Both the position numbers and the translations under genes were made by a program. From Mytilus edulis (lineage: Eukaryota), in contig NC_092345.1 in the NCBI RefSeq assembly GCF_963676685.1, forward strand, positions 105,276,001-105,340,000: DNA of 64,000 bases. Direction: 5' to 3'. Position 1 is the stretch's first letter, and each line of letters opens with the position of its first letter. The notes beneath the pieces were generated by a model. The model was not told where the DNA came from, searched no databases, and worked only from the letters and a program-made list of their open reading frames with translations. Of the stretch, positions 1-12,200 are shown piece after piece.

Positions 1-1051
1 ATTCTTCAGCAGTAGTTGGAGACGAAATTGGTGACAAAAAAATTTCTTTCAAAAGAAAATAATTCGGATTTTTTGTTTTTATGCAAGTTCTTTCGTCTAA
101 GAAGCACTGAATTCTCTTTTTAGTTAGTGAACCTATGATTTTAATTTATATTTAACCTTTACTTTCGGAGTTCTCGGGACTTTCCAATAAAAATACTATT
201 TTCTTCTGACAATGCTCAGGATCACCCGAGTCTGAGAAAACGTTCATTTTTGGATTATTTGGGCAAGATAAAGGGTATCACACATATGAACAGATTCAGG
301 AGATATTTTTCTATCTATATAATGACAAAAGAAGGCAATTTGCACTAGCTTGTGTGCTTTATTCGTGTAATTTCCAAAAGAGGGAGTCATTATTTTGACA
401 TTTACGAAACTTAATTTTTCGTCGTCTGCAACATTAACCAAGTGCGCATGAACTTTTTTTTCGTTAAAACACCAGTAATGTAGTGGGTTTTTGATTAATA
501 GAAACATTTATTAATTTTCATGCATAAATATAATATAAGGGTGCAAACATTAAAAATCGTTCTTAATTGTGTCCAGTCATAATTGCGTCCGGTAAGGCTA
601 TGTTAGATTTACTGTTCCCAGATTATGAAAACGTAGATTTCGAATTGTATTACTATTTACTTCTGATTACGTTTTCTGCATGTATTAAGATCATGTCAGC
701 AATTCAAGATACCATTAAATGCAATGTTTCAACAATAACACATGTAATTATAAATAATAAGGCAAGTGTAAACACGATTATGATATTGATAAATAAAAAA
801 GGGGGGTTGTCATCACTATCAGGCCTGTTCAGAGATTGATTTGATAAGGAATGACATCCATTAAAATATTTGCTTTCAGTTGTTGAGATAATTGAAAAAT
901 ACCATAGATATAACTTAAGTAGTCTAGATCTAGTATCACATGTGCCGGTGGATTCACCTTCAGAATTTTTAGGTTTTTGGTTGAAGTAAATATATAAACT
1001 CCAAAGTCAATAACGGACCTTTACCGCTATTATTCCGGAAAACTGGTAAAA

Positions 1052-1165
1052 AAACTCATCATAGATACCAGGACTATAAAATTTCGTATATATACGCCAG
1101 ACGCGCGTTTCGTCTACAAAAGACTCATCATTCAGTGACGCTCAAATCCAAAAAAAGTTAACAAA
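1052..1165 (-). mobile_element. Hammerhead-bearing Penelope-associated repeat, fragment with a 4-nt insertion in the core
   Basis: aactcatcatagataccagg...acgccagacgcgcgtttcgtctacaaaagactcatca[ttca]gtgacgctc; same family as 59415-59560. Other degenerate copies at about 6835-7005 (-), 7600-7765 (+), 36021-36063 (+), 49655-49740 (-) and 54500-54545 (+). Confidence 0.75.
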
Positions 1166-1190
1166 TTCAAATAGTATACCATAATTCAAA

Positions 1191-1464
1191 CACTGGCGTT
1201 TGTGGAGTGGAGCCCCCCTTCTTTTTTTTTTTACATTTTTTTTTATTTCATTTTTTTTTTAAATTTCAACTTATATAACTAAGATTTACTTATTTAAGGT
1301 GTTCAACGTCTTTTCAATGAGTTTTTTTTTAATGTTAAATCTCATTGAAAAGACTTTGAACACGGCCAAACAAAGTTTATATAAGTTGAAATATGAAAAA
1401 AAAAAAAAAAAATTTATAAAATACAAAAATAAAAAAAGGGGGTCCACTCCACAAACGCCTGTGA
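1191..1464. mobile_element. Foldback MITE, CAC...GTG termini
   Basis: Arms cactggcgtttgtggagtgga / tccactccacaaacgcctgtg, with inner pairs atttcaacttatataa / ttatataagttgaaat and tcttttcaatgag / ctcattgaaaaga. Confidence 0.75.
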
Positions 1465-3286
1465 ATTAAAACTGCCAGTAATGAATTAGCCGTATTTTTC
1501 TCACAGGACAACCGTACTAGAATATGGACGGATTTTGAAAATGACCCATATAGTGATGTGGTCTGTTAAGTTCTAAAAGGCGGATTTTAAGGGGAGGCAG
1601 GGTGCCCGGGACCAAATTGAGAGCTATCTTCATGGTTAGGGCAGCCTATTCCATTCCAATCTTTGTCTAAATCCCCCCTTTTCAAAATCCTAGATCCGTA
1701 TTTGTCTCTACATGTTTTACATTGAACTTGCAATGAGATGAGATTTCTAGTTCCATGTTGAAGGCCATACATTATACAGTGACTTTGAGACGAAGAACAG
1801 TACTTATGCATAGACTTAATCGATGTATTAACATGTTTATTTCCATTAAATGGGCTCAAGGTTAGGAGCATAGTACAATATATTGTCGAAATTACCCAAG
1901 GGAATTAAATTTAAATAAAGCGAATATATAAAACAATATCTGTCCTTTCCTATATTTAGATTTTTCATTTTCACATTGTTTTCATCGGTAGAAACATTGA
2001 TTCTCTTATCAATAAATCAAAACATAACCAAATATCCACATTATTTAATAATTGCACAAGGTCATGATTTTCTTATGTCTTTACACTAAACCCATTAGAT
2101 GTGTACTGATTGATATTTTGTCTTGGATACATGATTTTTCTAAATTGTTATTGGCTTGAAAGGGTAGCTGCGAGTACACTCATTGGTACTGTGTGTCTTT
2201 AATGTTTTTGTTAGTTGTTTGTTTTGCTTTGTATCGATCTGATGAGTCAAGACCTTTTCAACTGATTTTTATAGTTTGTTGTTTTGCTAGCAGTTACACC
2301 ACTGTCAGATTTGGGGGGGGGGGGGGGGTGCTCACCAAAATATAACTCCTTCATATTCTGTATGTGCCTGTTCCAAGGCATAAGCCTGAAATTCAGTGGT
2401 TTGCGTTTGCTACTGTATATCAAGTTCGTTTTTCGTTTTTTCGTTTCGTTACTAGCTTGCTATGCAGTATGGGTTTTGCTCATTGTTAAAATCCTATAAT
2501 CACGAGTATCACGAATACATTTAAATTTACAAATGTTTACATGTGTACTAGTATTCTGGATACTCCAACTTGTATTTTTTTTTTTTATTAAAACCATCTT
2601 ATCAATGACAGTATTTTGTTAGGATGATATTTTTACTGGCATGTAGTATACTGTTTTCTAATTTTTTTCCCTAATCTGCATTGTTTATAATTGTTGGTTA
2701 GACATTTAACGGTTTCTGATATATAGTTATACCAATACTACAACGAAATCAGTGCAGCGAAATAAGTTTATCGATTTTATAAAAGTTTGTAAGATTTATA
2801 CATATAAAGACTAAAACATCTGTATCCAGAATCAATCAGAGCGACATGTGTTGTTAGAGGAGCTAAAGAAGGGAATTATTTATAATATAAGTAAAGAAAT
2901 GTAGTATAAATATTTAGCCATTTAGTTTTCACCTAGTCCGAAATTTAAAGACATGTGACGTTTCCGTAAACCCTTCGAACGATCTTTCATTTTATTTTTA
3001 TTTTATTCAACCCTTTGTTTGAAATGTAGATTTTTAGATGTTGTACAAAATTACTCTTTATTTTTAGATGCACTGGTGCCTCAATCAAATTGAATTAAAA
3101 TGAATTGTATGTTAACATTTATTAATTATAAAGGAGGTGACACATACTTCTGATAACATACAAAGTGCATGAGAGAAGGACATCTCCATAAAATGATTTC
3201 TTAAGATCTATTTATGTATCACCTTACATTGATTTTTACACAATACTGTTTTTTCACTGAATGAAGTGTTGGTCGCTGGTGAAATA

Positions 3287-6200
3287 ATGAATCTTAATAT
3301 TTTCAGAGTGTTAGTTTTACTGGGCTTATATTCGAGTTTGACTGTTAGTTCAGCATTTCAGTTAAAACAGTCAAAAAGAGATGAAGAACATTTGAGTGTA
3401 GGACAATTATTTGCCCAAATGTTGGACAGTATTCTTGGAGATTCAAAAAATATGACTGCTAATAGCACGACTTTACCATCTACTTTCAGTTGGTTCACCA
3501 ACAAATTCTCAACCAATACGGCGGGAACAAGCAAAGGAACACCAACACAAACAAGCACTAAAGTCACCACATCTTCTCAGTTAGGAGTAACAAACACTAG
3601 TAATGTACAGCTACCATCTACAAATGTTACCAGCGATGGAAACGTGACTCGATCACCGACATTGTCTCGCCCTTCATCAACGACGTCTGGTTTAATGGAA
3701 GCACGGTGCGGTGCGGAGTTTACATTAACAGAGTTGTGTGGCACTGGGCTGTCTTCACTTCTTGTCGACTTGAACATTTGGGATGTTTATGGAATAATGT
3801 TCTCTAACGACGTCATTGAAGCATTGCTTCTGAATTGTGCTACTGGACATTGGTGTTTATACGACGAGTTTTCCTATTGGAATGGATTAATGATGGAGAA
3901 GGCTGCTATGGTCAAAGATTCTGAAATCTTCTCTCAGATTTGTCAATCACATTCCTTGTCCTGTTTTGACACCTTTCTGAACAATGTCACCGGATGCCCT
4001 ATACAAGAGGTAAGAACTCTAACGTAGAATCAGTCACGTAGAATACAAGTATAAAAAAGAAGATTAGATGTGTTATAATTGCCAATGAGACAACTGTCCA
4101 CAAGAAATGACACAGAAATTAACAATAATATATGGGTCATCGTACTGCGTTCAACAGTGATGTTTTTGGTACTTTTTGTCAGCTGACTACCGATCTAATA
4201 GGTTTAACCGTTTCCAATTGATATTTACATTTGGTTCTTGTGTGTTGTGTGTTTCACAATGGCTTCCCTTTACATCGGGACTGTTGGTCGCTCACAATAT
4301 AAAAAAGAAGATGTGGTATGACTGCCAATGAGAACAATTCTCTACAAGAAACCAAATGACACAGACACTAACATCTATAGGTCACCTAACGGCCTTCAAC
4401 AATGAGCAAAGCCCATACCGCATAGTCAGCTATAAAAACATGTTAGCGGGATCCCATCCCTCCCCTAACCTGGTATAGTGGTGTAACAATACAACATAAG
4501 AACGAACTATAAAAATCAGTTATAAAGCTTAAAAGAGGGACGAAAGATACCAAAGGGACAGTCAAACTCATATATCGAAAATAAACTGACAACGCCATGG
4601 CTAAAAATGAAAAAGACAAACAAACAATAGTACACATGACACAACATAGAAAATAAAGAATAAACAACACGAAACCCACCAAAAACTAGGGGTGATCTAA
4701 GGTGCTCCGGAAGGGTAAGCAGATCCTGCTCCACATGTGGCACCCGTCGTGTCACAGTTGCTTATGTGATAACAAATCTGGTAAATAGTCTAATTCCGTA
4801 GGTCACACATTCATGAAAGGGAAGGGGATTGTAGTTACGACGTAAGGAATATATCCGATGTCATTTGTGAAACGGTTATTCCATAACGGTCAACCAACTC
4901 GTGATGGCGTCCATAAAATTTACAAAGGGATGATTTCAACTTCACCATTTGGAACTCATTTGGTTTAATAGCTTCCTTGTGGGCAGCAACCCTCTATCAA
5001 GAAAATCATGATAGGAAATGCAAGCACGGGAATATCGTATCAATTGGGAGATATATACACCGTATGCAGGTGCTGCTGGAATGTTGCTACTTAGAAATGG
5101 AAAGTTCACAATTGGAAAGCTGAAATCATCTCTTTTGTCGCAAAGTTTTGTTTTCAACCGACCGGTACCCTCACTGTCAATTTCTAGATGTAAGTCAAGA
5201 TATGATACCGACTTAACTGTATTTGTAGTATCCTTAACTCATCAGATGAATACAAATAGAAATACATGTAACAAAAATACAGAGTGGACGTGGCTGGGTA
5301 CTTGAATATATACCAACAAGCATGTTTCAATCAACTCTTTTTGCGTGCATGTCTCTAGCCATGATCATGTAAACTGAAACGTGGTTGCCGTCGGTTGCTG
5401 TTTGCCTATGTATATTGTTCAAGTAACTTTAACTAAAGTGTTAATATCCCCACCAGAGATTTTTATATTTCTTTTGTATCTGGCTGATAATTAACTGGTG
5501 TATTGTTGATCACCAAATCATCTCTTTCTAGTTTTAAATGGTTCACCTTTTGTCGACCCAAGGCCTTCTACGGGTTACTACATGGTGTTTTGCACAAAAA
5601 AGAAGGCCGTACGATAATCTGCCATTGTTCACATTCCTGTCTTTTGGTCTTTCGTGCATAATTGTTTCATCGGCAATTAATCCACTGCTTTTGGAATGGC
5701 CAGACGAAAATGATAAATCTCGGCTTTTTATCCTTTTTATGTAACTTTTGTCCGTCGTCTGTTAGCATGAATTTATCCATTGAAATAATGCATGAAGCTA
5801 GACTGAATCCAATACTTGAGATATTTTAAATAAGAAATGTGGTAAAATCGCAAATGAGACAACGATCCACCAGAGTTCTGAGCAAATAATGGTACGATCT
5901 TCAACGATGAGAAAACAAAATACCTATAGTCACTATACTAGTTATAAGCTACAAAAATCCTCAACATTAGAAATGCGAAACAATTCAAACGAGAAAACTA
6001 ACGACCTAATTATAACAATACAATTAACGAAAAACAAATATGACTCCTGCCATGGGAAAAGGTGTGTTGTCAAACATGTTTGCGAGCGCTCAACCCTCCT
6101 CATACTTGGGACAGTGGTGTGACAGAATAACATTTAATAATATGTTAAATTCAGCTGCAAATTTTCAAAATAAATAGATAGGTACTAATGGCAAAAACAC

Positions 6201-9200
6201 ATGTAAAACGAGAGCAATAGACACAAAGCAACTACATATATATAACAACACATTTATAGTTGAAGTTCAAAATAAATTACAAACAATAAATAAATCAAGT
6301 TCTCCAGACTGGCATTTTTGTTTTTATCTTGTTTTAGAGAATGAATTTTACTGTTGAAGCTATAAACATGATTTGTGATATGAGAAATGACCATCAGCTG
6401 GACTTAACTTGTTATGGTCATTTATTGGCAGCATTTCACGTGACTGTTGTGGAATTCCTTAGAGACAATAATAATAAGGTAAACACTTTTATAAATATTA
6501 CTTGTTGTTTTGCATCCCACAAATGAGTTTTTGTGCTGTGGTCATATTTTGTATTATTGTCATTCATTTTTGTTTATATGCTTTGTCTATATGTCATTTT
6601 TTTATTAACATATTGTGGTGTTTTTTTTAATAGTAATTAAGATTATAACACAACGTTGACTTCTATACCTCTATTTTTAACACTTTACCTACTGCAATAT
6701 GACTCTTTGTTTTGCTGACACATTGTTGTCAATATAATGGAATGATATGCGACTGTCGTACAAGTGAGAGGTTTAGCTAGCTATAAAAACAAGTTTAATC
6801 CACCATTTTCCTCATTAGGAAATGCATGTACGAAAAGTTATCAAAGGTACCAGGCTTTAATTTGATACGCCAGACGTGCGTTTCGTCTGCATAAGACTCA
6901 CCAGTCGCGCTCAGATCAAAATTGTTAAAAAGCCAAACAAATATAAAGTTGAAGAGCATTGAAGACAAAAAATTCCAAAATGGTGTGCCAAATACGGCTA
7001 TTAAGGTATTCTATGCCAAGTCTGGAACATGTCAGAGTTGTTTTCCATTCGTTTGATGTGTTTGAGTTTTTGATTTTGCCATTTGATACGGATTTTCGTT
7101 GGGATTTCGATATTAACTTTATTTTACTTTTTGATGGTCATATATAACATCAGTATTATCATTATTGTTTAAGCCGTTTAATACCATTTTATATTGACAA
7201 TAAACAGGTTGATTTGACGAGGATACTTAATTCAGTATGATCACTTGCGAATTTAAGATGGCAATTAAGAATTAATTTGACCCAAAACAATATAAAACAC
7301 TACAACGTTTTACAGGTGCTTGGGAAATGACCTCTACCTTTATGTATAATAAACGTTTTGTGTTTTCCTTTTTTTATCAAATATTTTGTCATATTCGATC
7401 TTTTGTTTTACTTAGTTTATGTTTTTTTTGTCCTTTTACATACGATTTTACAATAGCAGTTTTTACATGATGTCAACCAATTCATATGTTTTTCTTACAG
7501 GGCGTTTTTCAATAAAAGTGCGATTTTCAGACCTAAACAAATAGAAAAAAAACAACTGGTCTAAAATTTTATTACAAGTGTTATAACTTCAATTATAACA
7601 CAACGTATTTGGTACAATTTTTATAAATTTTGGGTCATCTATGCTCTTCAATTTTGTATCTGTTTGGCTTAATAACTATTTTGATCTGAGCATAACTGAT
7701 GAGTCTTATGTAGACGAAACTCGCGTCTGGCGTATTAAATTAAAATCCTGATACCTGTGATAATTAAATACTCTTCAAAACTTTTTTTTTCTCATAATTT
7801 AAATGCTGTTTCGTTGTGGACATCTGCTTCTAATTTAAAGCACATCTTATGGTATTTGTAATGTCTCCTTTTGACATTCTAGTTTATTTTATTTTATATA
7901 CTTGAAATATCTCATTTTTTTCTGAATTGGAGAACCATTTTTTTTATCGATGAAAAATAGACAGTACCCACATATGAAGGCACAACTCATGTTTCGTAGA
8001 GGGCATTTTGATGATTTTCGTAGTTGACAAAAACCGTTCCATAGTGGACAAAAAAGTTTCGTAGTTTACATCAACCCTATTGTATATTGATCAAAAATAT
8101 ATTGAAAGTTACATGAAACAAACCCTTGTTATTTGTTTTGCACGAATAGAATTGAAAAAAAAGTAAAAAACGACTGCATGGTAGTGGTAGTGTCCACTAC
8201 GAAACGTTATTTTCCCAAATTTGTTTCGTAGTTGACCGTTACGTAGTGGACATATTCACATATTTCATTTTTCTTCCACAATCTCTAAATTGCAAAAGTA
8301 ACAAAAATGATTCCTTTCATCAAAGCACATGCTAAGCCGTATACTGATATTTTTTTCATAATTTTAAAACCAGATAATGAAGGAGGTTTGAACCGTTTCT
8401 TAGTGGGCATAACAAAAAATACGGTACCATTCAGGTTCATTTGACGTGCTCATTTTTTTGCCAACAATTTAACTGCCGTTATAAACGCATCAATTCTATT
8501 GTAAGACCTTATAATGTTTATATCCAGTCCATTTCTTGCAAAAATAGATTATATCAAACTGGTTATTTTGAACCATTCAGGAATCAATATCTTATTAATC
8601 CCTCTGAAAACAGTATGTTTCTTTGCTTAAAAATGTTAAATCTAAATAAATGTACTGTCTGCACAAAAATACTTGTAAAGATCAAACACATTTTTTTTTA
8701 AAGTGGCTGGGACAAGAAATCTAGTTTTTATTGAAAAACGCCCATAAAAATCACAAAAGGCACATCATACAATTGCAAAAGAGAATTGTTTATAAAATGT
8801 TTTAAAGCATGTATATGTTCATTCTATAAAGCTGTCCATATCTACAATGTATACAAAAACCTAAACTACATGACTTTTTTAGTTATAAAAGTTGATTAAA
8901 CTCGATAAGTATGATAACCTTCATAATCCATCATGTATAGATTCCTTTCTCTTGTTTCGTGTCACAGCTGGATATACATTTCATTATTGAAGACTTCTTT
9001 TATATGGCCGATACGAACTAGTTTGATCTGGGTTTTATATAGGAGATTTGTCATTGATTATCTTTAACTGGAATCCGCTTGTATTACGCAACTCTCAAAC
9101 AGTGAACAAAGTGTAGTAGTCAGCTGAGAACCATCTTGTAATGATCTTTGGGGTAGTAGATAGACACTTCAACTTTCTACCCATTTCAAATCAGTGCACA

Positions 9201-12200
9201 CCTATAAATCAACAAAACATATTTACAGTCTGCTTTAAACCTAAACCTGGATTATAAGCTAACATTTTATTTCTTGATAAAACACTTGTTTTGTTACTGT
9301 TTCCAAAATCAAGTTATCAATATAAATTGGTTCTGTTACACTCCTTTCACAAAGGCTAGTTGAGCATTCGCAAACATATTTAACAACACCACTTTTATAT
9401 GTTCACAATTCAGAAGTCTGTAATTCATTTAGTGGTTGTTGTTGTTTGTCTATTATCATATTTGTTTTACGTTCTAAATCAGGGTGTTTTTAATTTTTAT
9501 TTGGGCCACATTTTTTTTTCTTCTGAAGCTGCGTTTTTTGTTATGTGTACCTTTAGTTGCTAAAATTCCCGTGACGTCATTCGGTCTCTGTGGATAGTTG
9601 TCTCATCTTGCTGTCAAACCAAATCTCCTTATTTTTATGTTAACGATTAATCCAAACTTGCATATCCAAAATATAAGACAAAAAATTATTGTCTCACCGG
9701 CAAGAAAATGCACTATATTTGATTTCAACTTAGCTTTTAGCTGCAAAAGACACATTCCAACCGAGTTCATTTCATTGATTGATTTATGAGTGAGAATCCT
9801 CCTAACATATAGAAATAAAGTTATATGAAATCTTAAATACTCTTATAAAGTGTATTGATTTTTAGAAATTACAAGAAGGTGTGTTTGAGGACGCCGCCTG
9901 CCAAAGTCCAGAAGTTTTGGTAAGTTCAAAATACATACATATATGAGAACTTCATTTCATTTGTATTTCAGTAGAATATAGCATAAGACAATCATAACTT
10001 TATAAAAACAATTGTACATAAAAGAAAACTCTTCGCAGTTACGTTTAGATTCTACTTCAGCTAAGTTGAATCTTTGAGCATGGGTAAGCATAATGCATTA
10101 GTGCTAGGACGACTCGGTGGTCTCTGAACAGTCACTGTGCATCTCCAAGCTAGGTCATACCAAAGACTTAGACAACAGTATTTTCTGCTTTACAACGCTT
10201 TTGCAAAAAAAAAAAAACGCGTAACTTTACAGTAAGAAAAAAGACATGGTCGATTCTTTACTGTAGAGTAAGAACAAAGGCTGGTCGGTTTAAATAAAAT
10301 ATATCAGAGTAGAGTTATATGACATTCTGTCATTCGCACACTTCTTTAATTTGAACAACAATTACATCAGGTTACATATCTTACACTTCTTCAACTTGTG
10401 ACAACTATGACACATGTTTCAAAGTATGTTAGTTAAATCTGATCAATAAAATCAACACATGAATTATGATAATACAACTAGTAACATACTATGTGTTGTG
10501 ATGATACTTTAAAAGTTTAATCAAACCCCATGTCAATACATGTCAAAAGGAGTGCTATAATATGTTTTAAATAGATTGGTATGACATGTCAAAAGAAGTG
10601 ACAAGATATAACAATAGAAATAGTATGACATGTCAATAGGAATGGTATGACATGTCATTATGAATTATGACATGTCAAAAGAAAATGTATGACATGTCAA
10701 TAAGAATGGTATGACATGTCAATAGGCGTGATATGACATGTCGGGTTGTTGTCTCTTTGACACATTCCCCATTTCCATTCTCAATTTTATGACATATCAA
10801 AAGAAATGGTATAGCATGTCAATAATAATGCTATGAAATATCAATAGAAATAGTATGACATGTCAATAGGAGTGATCTGACATGTCAATATGAATGATCT
10901 GAAATGCCAATAGGAATGGTATGTCATGTCAATAGAAATGGCATGACACGTCAAAAGGAATGTTATGACATGTCAATATGAGTGGTATGACAGGTCTATA
11001 GGAATGGTACGATATGTCAATAGGAATAGTATGATATGTCAATAGGAATGTCATGAAATGTCAATAGGAATGTTATGACATGTTAATAGGAATGTTATGA
11101 CATGTCAATATGATTGGTATGACATGTCAGTAGTAATGGTATGACATGTCAATAGGAATGATATGACAGGTCAATAGGAATGGTATGACATGACAATAGT
11201 AATGTTACGACATGTCAATAGGAATGGTATGACATGTCAATAGGAATGGTATGACAGGTACATAGAAATGGTATGACAGGTCAATAAGAATGGTATAACA
11301 GGTCAATAGGAATGGTATGCCATATCAATAGGAATGGTATGACAGGTAAATAGAAATGGTATGACAGGTCAATAGGAATGGTATGACAGGTACATAGAAA
11401 TGGTATGACAGGTCAATAAGAATGGTATAACAGGTCAATAGGAATGGTATGACAGGTAAATAGAAATGGTATGACATGTCAATAGGAATGGTATGACAGG
11501 TACATAGAAATGGTATGACAGGTCAATAAGAATGGTATAACAGGTCAATAGGAATGGTATGCCATATCAATAGGAATGGTATGACAGGTAAATAGAAATG
11601 GTATGACAGGTCAATAAGAATGATATAACAGGTCAATAGGAATGGTATGCCAGGTCTATAGGAATGGTATGACATGTCAATAGGAATGGTATGACAGGTA
11701 CATAGGAATGGTATAACAGGTCAATAGGAATGGTATGACAGGTCAATAGGAATGGTATAACAGGTCAATAGGAATAGTATGACATGTCAATAAGAATGGT
11801 ATGACATGTCAATAGGAATAGTATGAAATGTCAATGTTTGCTTGACCTTCAGCATATTTTAAAGTTAAAGTTTACTGGTTTTTAAGAGCATTCTTTAGAT
11901 TCATACTAAAAGAATTTAAATCTCCACGCACAGATGATTAGGAACGAGAAAGAAGTAGATTTAATATTTTCGGGCAATCAATGGTGGACTTGAAAAATTA
12001 AAAATTCTTTTTTTATATTTTCAGATGACTAAGAGCGTACTCTGTGTAGAGGCAAAATGTCCTAGCCATAATGAACTTTTGTTGAAGTATGTAATTATTG
12101 TTTACACTATCACTCAAAAACACAGTGATGATATTGCTTCTTTGTAGTTTTAGTTAGAATGCAAAATTGTTGAAAAGACATATTCTACTTTGCTTTATGG

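Noticed and set aside
2239-2275. Second CUGAUGA-containing repeat motif (also reverse strand at about 5236)
   Set aside because: No GAAA box or stem III follows, so it is not supportable as a hammerhead.
244-2499. Short ORFs in the first 2.5 kb, and most other 60-110 aa ORFs in the track
   Set aside because: They use non-ATG starts or have low-complexity AT-rich translations, overlap repeats and show no exon logic.
3266-4027. ORF-track call of a single-exon 253-aa gene starting at GTG
   Set aside because: The eukaryotic start is ATG 3287, and the frame leaves via the donor at 4010 into six further exons.
9090-9205. Coding-looking stretch with a minus-strand acceptor
   Set aside because: All three frames after the AG hit stops quickly.
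10576-11835. CRISPR-like appearance of the 22-, 24- and 26-bp arrays
   Set aside because: Units are head-to-tail with no unique spacers, there are no cas genes, and the context is eukaryotic.
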